Origin: Clostridiales bacterium UBA3678
GTDB lineage: Bacteria > Bacillota > Clostridia > TANB77 > CAG-508
Assembly (NCBI GenBank): GCA_002372935.1
Contig: DFJF01000006.1
Span: 35,405-99,404 of the forward strand
Direction of reading: 5' to 3'
Length of the DNA stretch: 64,000 nt
This document shows positions 43,842 to 54,940 of the stretch, piece after piece. The position numbers and the translations under genes are program-made. The notes below the pieces were generated by a model. That model had not been told where the DNA came from, searched no databases, and was given only the letters and a program-made list of their open reading frames with translations. The stretch's first letter is position 1, and each line of letters opens with the position of its first letter.

Positions 43842-45485
43842 ATGCCAAGTAAACAACCATTAGGAATTGAATTAGTAAAAAGAAAAATTGTTTCTGGTGA
43901 AGATATAGAAAAAGCTTTAAAATATCAAGAAACACATAGATCAAGAAAAATAGGAGATATATTATATATATTAAAAGCCGCAGAGCCAAACATATTAGCA
44001 CAAAATGTAGGAGAAATCTTGGGAAAAAAGGCAGTATATTTGGATATTAATAAAATTAAAATTGAACCTACAGATTATATACCTTTTGATATAATGAAAA
44101 AAAATAAAGCTATTCCATTTGCTGTAGAATCAGGAAAAATAAAAATTGCTTTTGCAGATATTGCAAATAATGATGCAAATATTAAAAGCATTAAAATGTT
44201 AATGCTTAATAAAGGATTAGTAGTAGATGTTTATATAGCTTTTCAAACAAATGTGGAAGAATTTTTGGATAAATATGATGAAAAAAACACTCAACAAGAT
44301 ATTGAAGAAATGAGTGGAAATGAAACAACTACTGAAATAGTAGACAATATCATAAAACTTGCAATAGAAAAGAGAGCTAGTGATATTCATATTGAGCCAC
44401 AATCAGATTCTGTTAGAGTAAGATATAGAATTGATGGTGAATTATTTGTTATGACAAATATTCCAAAAGAAAGACAAGCACAATTAATTGGAAGATTAAA
44501 AGCAATATCAAATATGCATCAAGAAATAACAGAATCACAAGATGGTAGAATTTTATTATATCCAGATTACAATATCCGTGTATCTTCACAAAAAAATATA
44601 TATGGTGAAAAGTTTGTTTTAAGATTATTAAAGAAAAACTCTAATATTAAAAATATATTTGAATTGGGATATCCTTATGATGAAGAACAATTGGAAAAAA
44701 CTATAAATAAAAGAAATTGTTTAACAATAATTGCTGCTCCTACTGGAGAAGGTAAAACAACTACACTATATAGCTTTTTAGATTACTTAAAAAGTGACAA
44801 TATAAATATTACTACAATTGAAGATCCAGTAGAGATTAGAATACCAGGATTAAATCAGATTGAAGTAGAAAAAAATAGTACTTTTTCAGATAATTTAAGA
44901 ACTATTTTAAGACAAGATCCAGATGTTATACTTGTTGGAGAAATAAGAGATAAAGAAACTGCAGAAATAGCAATCCAGGCTGGACAAACAGGACATTATG
45001 TATTGTCTACAATTCACACAATAGATGCAGTAGAAGTTTTAACAAGACTTAGAAAAATAGGAGTTTCTGATTATGATATAGCAAGTACTGTTGCAACTAC
45101 AATTTCTCAAAGGTTAGTAAGAAAACTTTGTCCAAAATGTAGAAGAGAAAGAGACTTTGATAAAAGAGAAATAGATTTTATCAAAAAAATTGGAGAAAAA
45201 TATGGAATAGAATTTAACTTAAAAGATGCTAAAACATATGATGCAGTTGGTTGTGATTATTGTAATGGCTCAGGATATTATGATAGAATTGCTTTATTTG
45301 AAGTTTTAAGTATAACAGAAGAATTAAAAGAGATGATTATGGCTGGAAAGTCAAGTATTGAAGTAAGAAAGAAAGCATTAGAACAAGATTATAGACCATT
45401 ATTAATAGATGGAATAAACAAAGCAATTGCAGGAATTACAAATTTTGATGAATTAAACAGAAAATTGTTAATATATAATCAATAA
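43842..45485 (+). CDS. pilB: Type IV pilus assembly ATPase, PilB/GspE family
   Basis: N-terminal GspE-N/MshEN-like domain, Walker A AAPTGEGKTTTLYS, VGEIRDKETA, and a CPKC...CDYCNGSGY tetracysteine motif. Confidence 0.9.
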   Translation: MPSKQPLGIELVKRKIVSGEDIEKALKYQETHRSRKIGDILYILKAAEPNILAQNVGEILGKKAVYLDINKIKIEPTDYIPFDIMKKNKAIPFAVESGKIKIAFADIANNDANIKSIKMLMLNKGLVVDVYIAFQTNVEEFLDKYDEKNTQQDIEEMSGNETTTEIVDNIIKLAIEKRASDIHIEPQSDSVRVRYRIDGELFVMTNIPKERQAQLIGRLKAISNMHQEITESQDGRILLYPDYNIRVSSQKNIYGEKFVLRLLKKNSNIKNIFELGYPYDEEQLEKTINKRNCLTIIAAPTGEGKTTTLYSFLDYLKSDNINITTIEDPVEIRIPGLNQIEVEKNSTFSDNLRTILRQDPDVILVGEIRDKETAEIAIQAGQTGHYVLSTIHTIDAVEVLTRLRKIGVSDYDIASTVATTISQRLVRKLCPKCRRERDFDKREIDFIKKIGEKYGIEFNLKDAKTYDAVGCDYCNGSGYYDRIALFEVLSITEELKEMIMAGKSSIEVRKKALEQDYRPLLIDGINKAIAGITNFDELNRKLLIYNQ

Positions 45486-45542
45486 TAAAATGAAAAAATA
45501 TATAAAAAGAATTATCAAAAATTTAAAGGAGAGATAATAATT

Positions 45543-46646
45543 ATGGTAGATATGAATAAAATTCTAGATATTGCTATTGCTAAAGATGCATCAGATGTAC
45601 ATTTGATACCAGGAAATAAGCCAATGCTAAGAATAGCTAGAAGATTAGCACCTATAGAAGTAATGAAAGAATTAACAGAAAATGATATGACAGAAATATA
45701 TGACTATTTAGTTAAAGGAAATGTGGAAGCTGATGAACAATATAAGAAATATAGAAGACTTGATACCTCTTATGAGCATGCAGGGCTAAGATTTAGGGTA
45801 AATATTTCTTATTCTGAAAATATACCTATTGCAACACTCAGAATTATCAAAAATACTTTACCTAAATATGAGGACTTAGGATTGCCAGATATTGTAAGAA
45901 GGATGACTTATCAACCACAAGGTTTAATTCTTGTTACTGGAAAAACTAACTCTGGTAAAACTACAACTTTGAATGCTTTAATTAATGATATTAATGAAAA
46001 TCAAAATAGAAAAATCCTTACACTAGAAAACCCTATAGAGTTTAAACATCATTCAAAAAATTCTTTAATAGTTCAAAAAGAAGTTGGAAAAGGAAAAGAT
46101 TCTTTGACATTTAGTGATGGAGTTAAAAACTCTTTGAGAGAGGACTGTGATATATTAGTTATAGGAGAAATTCGTGATAAGGAAACTATGGAAGCTGGAA
46201 TAGAAATGGCAGAATCTGGACACTTGGTAATTGGTACACTTCATACAAAATCTTGTGCAGAAACTATAGACAGAATGATAAACTTTTATGAAGTTAGAGA
46301 TCAAGCATCTATTAAATATTTGTTATCATCATTATTGAAAATGGTTGTATCTCAAAGATTATTGCCTGCTCCAGATGATAAAATGGTTTTAGTTCCTGAA
46401 GTAATGGTTGTTGACAATATTGTTGCTGGAGTAATAAGAAAAGATAAAATTAATGTTTCAGAAATTGAAGATGCTATACAAAGTGGTGCTTCAAATGGAA
46501 GTATAGGTCTTATAAATTCTTTAGCAGAATTATTTGTTGAAGACAAGATAACATTAGAACAAGCAAAAGCTCAAATAGAAGAAAAAAATATTGAGACATT
46601 AAATAGAACAATTATGCAATTAAAATTGCAAAAAAAGAAGTTTTAA
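45543..46646 (+). CDS. pilT: Twitching motility retraction ATPase, PilT family
   Basis: ASDVHLIPGNKPMLRI, GKTNSGKTTTLNALI, IGEIRDKETM and GHLVIGTLHT. Confidence 0.88.
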   Translation: MVDMNKILDIAIAKDASDVHLIPGNKPMLRIARRLAPIEVMKELTENDMTEIYDYLVKGNVEADEQYKKYRRLDTSYEHAGLRFRVNISYSENIPIATLRIIKNTLPKYEDLGLPDIVRRMTYQPQGLILVTGKTNSGKTTTLNALINDINENQNRKILTLENPIEFKHHSKNSLIVQKEVGKGKDSLTFSDGVKNSLREDCDILVIGEIRDKETMEAGIEMAESGHLVIGTLHTKSCAETIDRMINFYEVRDQASIKYLLSSLLKMVVSQRLLPAPDDKMVLVPEVMVVDNIVAGVIRKDKINVSEIEDAIQSGASNGSIGLINSLAELFVEDKITLEQAKAQIEEKNIETLNRTIMQLKLQKKKF

Positions 46647-46676
46647 TAAAGATAACTCATAAAATAGGAGGTAATT

Positions 46677-48017
46677 ATGCCAACTTATATTTACAAAGCT
46701 GTTGACAAATATGGTAGAATAGTAAGAAATAAGGTTGAAGAAGGAAATAAATTGACTCTTATTAGGAAATTAAAAGCCAATGAATTAGCACCTATTACTA
46801 TTCGACAAACAATAGCAAGAAAATTTCAAAGTCAAAAAAAGAAAAAAAATATTAATAATGTACAAGAAATAATTAAAGCATCTGGAGTTTCGAAAATTCA
46901 AACTAAAAAAATGACTCCTGTTGATACTGTAAAATCATATTTTGCTATGCAACAAAAAGTTACAGAAAGAGATTTAGTAATATTTGCGCAAAATTTTTAT
47001 TTGCTTAAAAAAGCTAATTTTAATAATGTACATGCTTTATCAACAATAATAGATAGCACAGAAAATATTGCATTTGCTGGAATTTTGGAAGATATTCTAG
47101 CAGGTGTTGAAGCTGGAGATTATATGTATAAAACTATGGAATATTATTCTAACGTATTTCCATACATATTTGTAAATATGATTAGAGTTGGTGAATTATC
47201 TGGATCATTAGAAAACTCTTTAAAACAAGCAGTTGAATATTTGGATAATTCCACAGCAATAACAAAAAAGATTAAAGGAATCTTAATACCAAATATTGCA
47301 CAGTTTGTATTATTAATTGCTATGTTATTTGCAGGAACTTTATATGCTTTGCCTTCTGTACAGAATGTTTTAAATGAGTTAGGAGCAAGTAAAGATGTAA
47401 TTCCTGCTAGAACACTTAGATTCCAAGCATTTTTGAATGGATTTTTAAAGTGGTGGCCAATCCCTACTGTAATACTGGCCGGAATTATTTTAGTAATTGT
47501 GTTATATGTGCAAACTCCAAAAGGAAAATATAAATTCCATTATTTTAAATATACAATGCCTATTTTTGGTAAATTGAATTTCTCATTAGATTTTTCAAGA
47601 CTTATGAAAGCAATGCTTTTAAATTTAAGAAATGGAATGAGGATACAAGATGCTTTAGAAGTAAGTAAAAATGTTATAAATAATTATGTTATGCTTTCAA
47701 TTATAGAAAATGCTTTAAATAATATTTTGATTGGTGAATCTTGGATAGATCCATTCGAAAAATCAGGACTTGCATCATCTATGATAATTGAAATGTTAAA
47801 AATAGGAATGCAGACAGATTTGCCAGAAATGATGGATAAATTGGTTGAATATATGGAAATAGATATAAATAACACAATAGAAAAAATTACAATTGTATTG
47901 CCACAAGTTATGTATACAATTGTTGGCGCAGTACTTATATTCTTTGTTGTAATAGTATTAGTACCAATGATTCAAATCTATTTTGGTAACTTCTTGTTTG
48001 ATATTTATTTAAAATAA
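46677..48017 (+). CDS. pilC: Type IV pilus platform protein, PilC/GspF family
   Basis: MPTYIYKAVDKYGRIV N-terminus and two T2SS-F repeats with TM segments. Confidence 0.85.
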   Translation: MPTYIYKAVDKYGRIVRNKVEEGNKLTLIRKLKANELAPITIRQTIARKFQSQKKKKNINNVQEIIKASGVSKIQTKKMTPVDTVKSYFAMQQKVTERDLVIFAQNFYLLKKANFNNVHALSTIIDSTENIAFAGILEDILAGVEAGDYMYKTMEYYSNVFPYIFVNMIRVGELSGSLENSLKQAVEYLDNSTAITKKIKGILIPNIAQFVLLIAMLFAGTLYALPSVQNVLNELGASKDVIPARTLRFQAFLNGFLKWWPIPTVILAGIILVIVLYVQTPKGKYKFHYFKYTMPIFGKLNFSLDFSRLMKAMLLNLRNGMRIQDALEVSKNVINNYVMLSIIENALNNILIGESWIDPFEKSGLASSMIIEMLKIGMQTDLPEMMDKLVEYMEIDINNTIEKITIVLPQVMYTIVGAVLIFFVVIVLVPMIQIYFGNFLFDIYLK

Positions 48018-48020
48018 AAA

Positions 48021-48063
48021 AATATCAGTACAAAATCTAATTTTTGTATTGATATTTTTTTTG
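48021..48063 (+). terminator. Rho-independent terminator ending the T4P cluster
   Basis: 15-bp stem aatatcagtacaaaa / ttttgtattgatatt, followed by a T8 run. Confidence 0.85.
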
Positions 48064-48126
48064 TAGTTTGATAGAATAGTACCTGTAAAAGTAGATAGAA
48101 AATAGATTGATATAAATGCGAAAGGA

Positions 48127-50610
48127 ATGATATTTAAAATGACTAAAAAGAGAAAATATCATAAGAGAAGAACAGATGATACTTTAACAATAAAAATAAT
48201 TGGAACAATTGTATTTAGCGTGCTTTTGGCAATATTATTATATACAAATTCAGGACTTTTAGGACAAAAGTTAAATGAGGTTTTAGGTGGAATGATGGGA
48301 TGGCTCAGATATATTTTACCTATAGGTACATTTGCTATCTCTATAAAAATGGCCTGTAATGAAAAAGAAAAAGAAAATGAATATATATCAAAAAAATTAA
48401 TGCAATATACTATTTTACTTATTTGTGTAGCAATTGTAATGAGTATTTATCAAATATCTCAAGGAAATTTAGAGATTTCTGGAGATATATCACAAATACT
48501 TAAAAAATCTTATGTTTTAGGTAGCTCTAATATTGGTGGAGGAGCAATTGGAACACTTGCTGCTGTGCCACTTGTAAGGTTACTTGGAAATTTGGGCGCT
48601 GTTGTTTTAAGTATAGGTGTTTCTATAATGTTATTTGCATTTGTATTTGGAATAGATATTTCAGAAATTATTAGTAATAGTGTTGAAAACTGGCTTGTAA
48701 AGCATGAGGAAAGAAAGAATGAAAAAGAGGAGCTAAGAGAGCAAAGATATGAAGAAGAAGAGGCTAGACGTGCAGAGATTTTAAATAATAGAAAAAATGC
48801 AAAAAGAGAAACACAATCTGTTGCACAAAATTTGTCATCAAAGGAGATGCAAGATGCTAGAAATATAGAACCAGAGCAAATAAAGATTAATTTAAATGGT
48901 GGAGCTATAGAAAATATAGAGCCAGCTCAAGAAGAAAAAAAAGGCTGGGGACTATTTAACAGAAAGAAACAAAAGGATGAAAAAGAAACTCAGGCAAAAA
49001 TGAGTATGACAGATTTTGCAAATTCTATGGATACAAATGCAATTGATAATTTTTTTGTTCAAGAGGAAGAGCAAAAGCAAGACAAAACAAAACAGGTTTT
49101 GCAATTAGAGCATACAATAACAGTAGAAGAGGATAATTATGTTTACCCATCTGTAAAATTACTTGCAAGAACACCAAAAAAAGCATTAAAAGGTGGAACA
49201 AAAGCATTACAAGATACTGCTGCAAAACTTCAAAGGACTTTATATAGTTTTGGAGTACAAGCAAAAGTAGAAAATGTCTCAGTTGGACCAGCAATTACAA
49301 GATATGAATTAAGACCTGCAGAAGGAGTTAGAGTTAGCAAAATTGCGAATTTAGCAGATGATATTGCACTTAACTTAGCAGCAGAGACAATTAGAATAGA
49401 AGCTCCAATTCCTGGAAAACAAGCTGTAGGAATAGAAGTGCCAAATAAAGAAAAAGAAATGGTACCTTTAAGAGATGTAATAGAAAGTGATGAGTTTAAA
49501 AATAATAAATCTAAACTTAGTATAGCTCTTGGAAAAGATGTTGCAGGAAATGTAGTTATAGGAAATATTGCAAAAATGCCACATGTATTGATTGCAGGTT
49601 CTACAGGTTCTGGAAAATCTGTATGTATAAATACAATTATTACAAGTATTGTTTATAATGCAAAACCAAGTGAAGTTAAACTTGTTATGATAGATCCAAA
49701 AGTTGTTGAACTTTCAGTATATAATGGAATTCCACATTTATTAATCCCAGTTGTAACAGATCCTAAAAAAGCCGCTGGAGCTTTAGCTTGGGCTGTTCAA
49801 GAAATGGACAATAGATATAATCTATTTGCAGAAAAAGGAGTTAGAGATTTAAAAGGATACAACAATGCAATAGAAAAATCTGGAGAAAGTGGTAAACTAC
49901 CACAAATAGTAATTATTGTTGATGAGCTTGCAGATTTAATGATGGTTGCTTCAAAAGAGGTTGAAGAGTCAATATGTAGATTAGCACAAAAAGCAAGAGC
50001 AGCAGGTATGCATTTAGTTATAGCAACACAAAGACCATCTGTTGATGTTATCACAGGTTTAATCAAAGCTAATATTCCTTCAAGAATTGCATTTGCTGTA
50101 TCTTCACAAGTAGATTCAAGAACAATATTGGATCAAATTGGAGCTGAAAAGCTTTTAGGAAAAGGTGATATGCTATTCTTTCCAGCAGGAGATCCTAAGC
50201 CTACAAGAATACAAGGTGCATTTGTATCAGATGATGAAGTAGAAAAAATAGTAGACTTCATCAAATCAAATGGAACAGCTACATATAGTGAAGATATATT
50301 AGAAACAATAGAAAATAATAATAAGACTGACAAAGAGAAAGCTTTAGAAGCAGAGCATTCTGCAGATGATGATGTAGATCCATTTTTGAAAGATGCAATA
50401 AGTACTGTTGTAGAGACAGGACAAGCATCAACATCATTTATACAAAGAAGATTTAAAGTTGGCTATGCTAGAGCAGGAAGAATTATAGATCAAATGGAAG
50501 AAAGAGGAGTTATTTCTGGTTATCAAGGTAGTAAACCACGTGAAGTATTGTGGACAGTAGAAAAATTGGCAGAATTAAATATGTCATCATCATCAAATGT
50601 AGAAGAGTAG
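48127..50610 (+). CDS. ftsK: DNA translocase FtsK/SpoIIIE
   Basis: N-terminal TM segments, [30 protein letters not shown], and a gamma domain with [25 protein letters not shown]. The start may be 48139. Confidence 0.92.
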   Translation: MIFKMTKKRKYHKRRTDDTLTIKIIGTIVFSVLLAILLYTNSGLLGQKLNEVLGGMMGWLRYILPIGTFAISIKMACNEKEKENEYISKKLMQYTILLICVAIVMSIYQISQGNLEISGDISQILKKSYVLGSSNIGGGAIGTLAAVPLVRLLGNLGAVVLSIGVSIMLFAFVFGIDISEIISNSVENWLVKHEERKNEKEELREQRYEEEEARRAEILNNRKNAKRETQSVAQNLSSKEMQDARNIEPEQIKINLNGGAIENIEPAQEEKKGWGLFNRKKQKDEKETQAKMSMTDFANSMDTNAIDNFFVQEEEQKQDKTKQVLQLEHTITVEEDNYVYPSVKLLARTPKKALKGGTKALQDTAAKLQRTLYSFGVQAKVENVSVGPAITRYELRPAEGVRVSKIANLADDIALNLAAETIRIEAPIPGKQAVGIEVPNKEKEMVPLRDVIESDEFKNNKSKLSIALGKDVAGNVVIGNIAKMPHVLIAGSTGSGKSVCINTIITSIVYNAKPSEVKLVMIDPKVVELSVYNGIPHLLIPVVTDPKKAAGALAWAVQEMDNRYNLFAEKGVRDLKGYNNAIEKSGESGKLPQIVIIVDELADLMMVASKEVEESICRLAQKARAAGMHLVIATQRPSVDVITGLIKANIPSRIAFAVSSQVDSRTILDQIGAEKLLGKGDMLFFPAGDPKPTRIQGAFVSDDEVEKIVDFIKSNGTATYSEDILETIENNNKTDKEKALEAEHSADDDVDPFLKDAISTVVETGQASTSFIQRRFKVGYARAGRIIDQMEERGVISGYQGSKPREVLWTVEKLAELNMSSSSNVEE

Positions 50611-50700
50611 TTTCAAAAAGGGACGGTTCTCTTTCAAAAGGGGACGGTTCTCTTTCAAAAAGGGACGGTTCTTTTTCAAAAAAGAACCGTCCCCAAATGA
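50611..50700. repeat. 21-bp repeat family, site H: 3 forward plus 1 reverse unit
   Basis: agggacggttc, ggggacggttc and agggacggttc, then agaaccgtcccc. It begins right after the ftsK stop. Confidence 0.9.
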
Positions 50701-50733
50701 AAAAACAAATGAAACAAATGAAACAAATGAAAG
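50695..50733 (+). repeat. 9-bp tandem repeat AAATGAAAC (about 4 copies) extending the repeat-family flank
   Basis: aaatgaaaaaac aaatgaaac aaatgaaac aaatgaaag. Confidence 0.85.
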
Positions 50734-50752
50734 AGGAAGAAAGGAGAAGACT

Positions 50753-52312
50753 TTGGCACGAAAGAAACAAAAAATTTTAGGTAGATTAGTAAAGAAAGAT
50801 TATGATAATGATCTAGAAGAAGTACTTTTAAAAAAGAACTTTCAAGCAGAGGTTAAAAGCTTTCTTCTTAACATAATGTATAAAATTGATTATTCATATA
50901 CAGATTATGAAAATGCTAAGAAAAATGTACTTTCTAAACAACAATATATAGAGAATTTTATAAATAATATTAAGACAAATTGTGATACGATTTCTTTTAT
51001 GAAGATGGATAAAATGCAAAGGAGGACAGCATTAGTAGAAAGAGATAAGAAAATAATATTATGTTATCCAATAGAAACAAAATTATTGTATTGTTTATCA
51101 CAAATAAACAAGCAAGATGATATTATAAAATCTGAACCAAATGTTTTATGTAAAAGTTTAACTGATTTAATAAATATAGGAAATGATATAAATACAACTG
51201 AACCTATAAGAGATTTTAATGGATATTCTTGGGACATTACAACTTTAAATATTGAAAATTTTTATTATAATTTAATTTATCAGGATCTAATATTTATTGT
51301 AGGTAATAAGAAACTTGAAGATTGGGCAAACCATTATAATTATATGATTGATTATATGAATTTATTTAATGATTATTTGGAAAAAACATATGGTAAAAAA
51401 ATTAATAAAGATATCTCAAATTCTTTGAAAAAAATTTCTATTTTGCTTGAATTAACTTCAAATAAGAAATTTAAAGACGAGTTAATCAAAAGAAAAGTTG
51501 AAGTTGAAGATAAATTAAATGCTATGAATGATAAGATTTCATATTTAAATAATTTATCTGTTCAGAAAAGACAAATAGTAAATGATATTAGAAAAATTGA
51601 ATTAATATTAAGTGATAAAAATAAAATTGATGAAGAATATAAAAGAAGAAATAAAGAGTTGCCTTTAGAGAAAAAAATTTTTAGCAAGAGAGTTTTAGTA
51701 AAAAGTTTAGAAGATGAACAAGAAGAACTAATGATAAATTTAAAAGAATGCAACAATCAAATGAACTCTAAACAATTTATAAAAACTCAAAAAGATTTGA
51801 AATATGAATTAGATTATTTGAATTTAGTAGAAGTTGCAAATTTTAAAAAACAAATGTTAGATGAGATAATATTATTCCAAAAGCAGGTTTTGAAAATATT
51901 CAAATTAAAAATAGAAAAAGCAAATAATAAAAAAGAGTTGATAAAAATTTTATATGAAATAAGATATTTTAATTTAATTCCATTTGATGAAACAAAGAAC
52001 ATTAGTCAAATTTCTACTTTAAAAAGAAGTTTAAAATCTGTAGAAGATTGCGCAATAGAAAAATCTTATGATTTAAAATTAATTAATGAATTATTTAAAA
52101 ATATCGATTTAAATAAAAAGATTTTTGCATCAATATTTTCATTTAATATAATAAAATTAGAAGATATATATTTCAAAGTGATAAAAGATAATGAATTTTA
52201 TTTGCAATTTTATGATTATGATATTGAAGATAAAAAAATAAAAATTGATTTTAAGTTTGAAATTAAAGATTTAAAGGTAAAGTTAAATAAAAAAATTAAA
52301 TTATTTATTTAG
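50753..52312 (+). CDS. Hypothetical 519-aa Lys/Asn-rich protein
   Basis: Long ORF with a TTG start 6 nt after AAAGGAG. There is no motif I recognise. Confidence 0.5.
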   Translation: MARKKQKILGRLVKKDYDNDLEEVLLKKNFQAEVKSFLLNIMYKIDYSYTDYENAKKNVLSKQQYIENFINNIKTNCDTISFMKMDKMQRRTALVERDKKIILCYPIETKLLYCLSQINKQDDIIKSEPNVLCKSLTDLINIGNDINTTEPIRDFNGYSWDITTLNIENFYYNLIYQDLIFIVGNKKLEDWANHYNYMIDYMNLFNDYLEKTYGKKINKDISNSLKKISILLELTSNKKFKDELIKRKVEVEDKLNAMNDKISYLNNLSVQKRQIVNDIRKIELILSDKNKIDEEYKRRNKELPLEKKIFSKRVLVKSLEDEQEELMINLKECNNQMNSKQFIKTQKDLKYELDYLNLVEVANFKKQMLDEIILFQKQVLKIFKLKIEKANNKKELIKILYEIRYFNLIPFDETKNISQISTLKRSLKSVEDCAIEKSYDLKLINELFKNIDLNKKIFASIFSFNIIKLEDIYFKVIKDNEFYLQFYDYDIEDKKIKIDFKFEIKDLKVKLNKKIKLFI

Positions 52313-52338
52313 TAAATTGAGAAAGGATAAAATTAAGT

Positions 52339-53982
52339 ATGAAAATTACATTTTTGGGAGCTGCTAAAACAGTTACAGGATCAAATTTTTTAGTAGAAGC
52401 GGCTGGAAAAAAATTTTTAGTGGATTGTGGTATGTATCAAGGAAGTGCAGAAGAAGAGTTTGAAAATGAAGCACCTTTTGCATTTGATGTTCAAGATATT
52501 GATTTCATGTTACTTACTCATGCACATATAGATCATTCTGGAAGAATTCCGAAACTATATAATGAAGGATATAGACATCCAATATATGCACATAAAGCAA
52601 CTTGTGATTTATGCAGTTTAATGTTACCAGATAGTGGACATATTCAAGAAATGGAAATTGATTGGAAAAATAGAAAGAGAATTAGAAAGGGTGAAAAAGC
52701 ACTTCCACCTCTTTATACTGCAGAAGAAGCAGCTCGTTCTTTGGAATTGTTTATTCCTGTTCAATATAATGAGATAGTTGAAGTATCGCCAGAAATACAT
52801 GTTAGATTTAATGATGCAGGACACATGCTAGGGTCAAGTATTATCGAATTATGGGTAAACGAAGGGGATAAAGTAATAAAAACAGTATTTACAGGAGATA
52901 TAGGAAATAATGATCTTCCACTTTTAAGTGAACCGACTATGATAGAATCTGCGGATTATTTGGTTATGGAATCTACTTATGCAAACAGGTTACATATGAG
53001 GAATGACGATAAAGCAGAGATATTTTTACAAATTGTTTCAGAAACTATAGAAGGTGGAGGAAATGTTGTAATACCATCTTTTGCAGTAGGAAGAACACAA
53101 GAGATTTTATATGAATTAGATAAAATTAAAGAAACAAAAGATGATCCTGATTTTGTCAAAAAATATAGGACTTTAATGAAAACACCTGTATATGTAGACA
53201 GTCCACTTGCTATTTCTGCTACAGAGGTTTTTAGAGATAATATGGAATTATTTGATGATAAAACAAAAAAAAGAATATCACAAGGAGATAATCCATTAGA
53301 GTTTCCTGGTCTTCAATTTACAATGACAGCAGAAGAGTCAAAAGCTTTAAATGAAATTGATATGCCATCAATTATTATTTCTGCAAGTGGTATGTGTGAT
53401 GTAGGAAGAATTAAACATCATTTAAAGCATAATTTATGGAATCCTAAAAATACAATCTTATTTGTAGGATATCAAGCACCTGGCACATTAGGATATAATA
53501 TAGTAAATGGAGCAAAAAAGGTTAAGATTTTTGGTGAAGAAATAGCAGTAGAAGCTAGAATAGAGTATATAGAGGGATATTCAGGACATGCAGATCAAGA
53601 GGGATTAATAAATTTCGTGTATTCTTTTAGAGATCAGAAACCAAGTCATATTTTCTTGGTTCATGGTGAAGAAGATGCTCAAGAAGTTTTAGCTCAAAAA
53701 ATAGAAGATGAAACTGAAATCCCAGTTACTATACCAAATTTTGGGGAGAAATATGAATTAGAAGATGTTCCAAAAATGGTTGGAAAGGTTGCAGTTAAAC
53801 CTACTTCAACTAGAAGAGAAATAATGAATATTCTAAACAAATTACAAAGTGAGATGGCTGATATGAGAGAAGCTGTAAATGATGACTTAGAAAATAAAAA
53901 CTTAAAAGATGAAGATATGTTTAGAATTAAAGAAAAAGTCAAAGATTTAGAAAAACAAATTATAAGAATTATTGAGGGGTAA
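52339..53982 (+). CDS. Metallo-beta-lactamase / beta-CASP family RNA-metabolising hydrolase (CPSF73-like)
   Basis: ITFLGAAKTVTGSNFLV, DCGMYQG, LLTHAHIDHSGRIP, and GHAD in a beta-CASP-like C-terminal part. Confidence 0.8.
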   Translation: MKITFLGAAKTVTGSNFLVEAAGKKFLVDCGMYQGSAEEEFENEAPFAFDVQDIDFMLLTHAHIDHSGRIPKLYNEGYRHPIYAHKATCDLCSLMLPDSGHIQEMEIDWKNRKRIRKGEKALPPLYTAEEAARSLELFIPVQYNEIVEVSPEIHVRFNDAGHMLGSSIIELWVNEGDKVIKTVFTGDIGNNDLPLLSEPTMIESADYLVMESTYANRLHMRNDDKAEIFLQIVSETIEGGGNVVIPSFAVGRTQEILYELDKIKETKDDPDFVKKYRTLMKTPVYVDSPLAISATEVFRDNMELFDDKTKKRISQGDNPLEFPGLQFTMTAEESKALNEIDMPSIIISASGMCDVGRIKHHLKHNLWNPKNTILFVGYQAPGTLGYNIVNGAKKVKIFGEEIAVEARIEYIEGYSGHADQEGLINFVYSFRDQKPSHIFLVHGEEDAQEVLAQKIEDETEIPVTIPNFGEKYELEDVPKMVGKVAVKPTSTRREIMNILNKLQSEMADMREAVNDDLENKNLKDEDMFRIKEKVKDLEKQIIRIIEG

Positions 53983-54064
53983 CTAGATAACAATTTTATT
54001 TCTATAAGTCAAAAGTATTAATTTTGTTATTTAACAGCGAAATTGTCTAAAAGGAGGGAATGAC

Positions 54065-54862
54065 TTGGATAAAAGACCAATTGGAATGTTTGATTCTGGA
54101 GTTGGAGGACTTACAGTTTTAAAAGAGTTTAGAAAAAAACTTCCAAATGAAAAAATTATTTATTTAGGAGATACAAAAAGATTTCCTTATGGATCTAAAT
54201 CAAAAGAAGCAATTTTAGAAATATCAAAAAAATGTGTGGATTTTTTGATATCAAAAAATGTAAAAATGATAATTATAGCATGCGGAACTGCAACAAGTCA
54301 GGCTTTAGATAGCTTGATAAATTCTTATGATATACCAATTTTGGGAATTATAAATCCTACAGTGGAATATATAAGTAATTTGAATTTGGAAAAGCCTAGA
54401 GTAGGTGTAATAGCAACTTCTGGTACAATAAAGAGTGGAGCATGGGAGAAAAAAATATTAGAAAAAATACCTGAAGCAAAAGTTATAAATGAAAAAGCAC
54501 CATTACTTGCTACAATGGCAGAAACTGGATGGACCAGTAATAAGGTTGCAGAATATACAATTAAAGAATATATGAAATGTTTTAAAGATATTGATATTCT
54601 AATTTTAGGTTGCACACATTATCCAATGTTTGAGAATTTGATTCATAAAAATCTTGAAAAAAATGTGAAAGTTCTAAATACAGGAACAATCTTGGCACAA
54701 TATACGAAAAAAATAATAGAAACAAAAAAAATGGAAAATATAGAAACTTCTGGTCAATTTGAAATATACCTTACAGATATTGAAGCAGATACTGATTTTT
54801 TAAATATTGCAGAACAATTTCTTGGAGAAAAAAACATTAATATAAAAGAAGCGAATTTCTAG
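54065..54862 (+). CDS. murI: Glutamate racemase
   Basis: IGMFDSGVGGLTVL, IIIACGTAT and ILGCTHYP. TTG start 7 nt after AGGAGG. Confidence 0.9.
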   Translation: MDKRPIGMFDSGVGGLTVLKEFRKKLPNEKIIYLGDTKRFPYGSKSKEAILEISKKCVDFLISKNVKMIIIACGTATSQALDSLINSYDIPILGIINPTVEYISNLNLEKPRVGVIATSGTIKSGAWEKKILEKIPEAKVINEKAPLLATMAETGWTSNKVAEYTIKEYMKCFKDIDILILGCTHYPMFENLIHKNLEKNVKVLNTGTILAQYTKKIIETKKMENIETSGQFEIYLTDIEADTDFLNIAEQFLGEKNINIKEANF

Positions 54863-54889
54863 AGAGATTACTAAAAAGTAATCTCTTTT
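54863..54889 (+). terminator. Terminator after murI
   Basis: Stem agagattact / agtaatctct with a 4-nt loop, followed by TTT. Confidence 0.65.
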
Positions 54890-54940
54890 GTCACATTTAG
54901 TAGATTATTGTAATAAAATATATTAAATTGAAAAGAAAGG

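Noticed and set aside
50510-50780. Two overlapping ORFs (50510-50770 on the minus strand, 50550-50780 on the plus strand) spanning the ftsK 3' end and the repeats
   Set aside because: Both are products of the repeat array and the 9-bp tandem tract. They overlap the well-supported ftsK frame.
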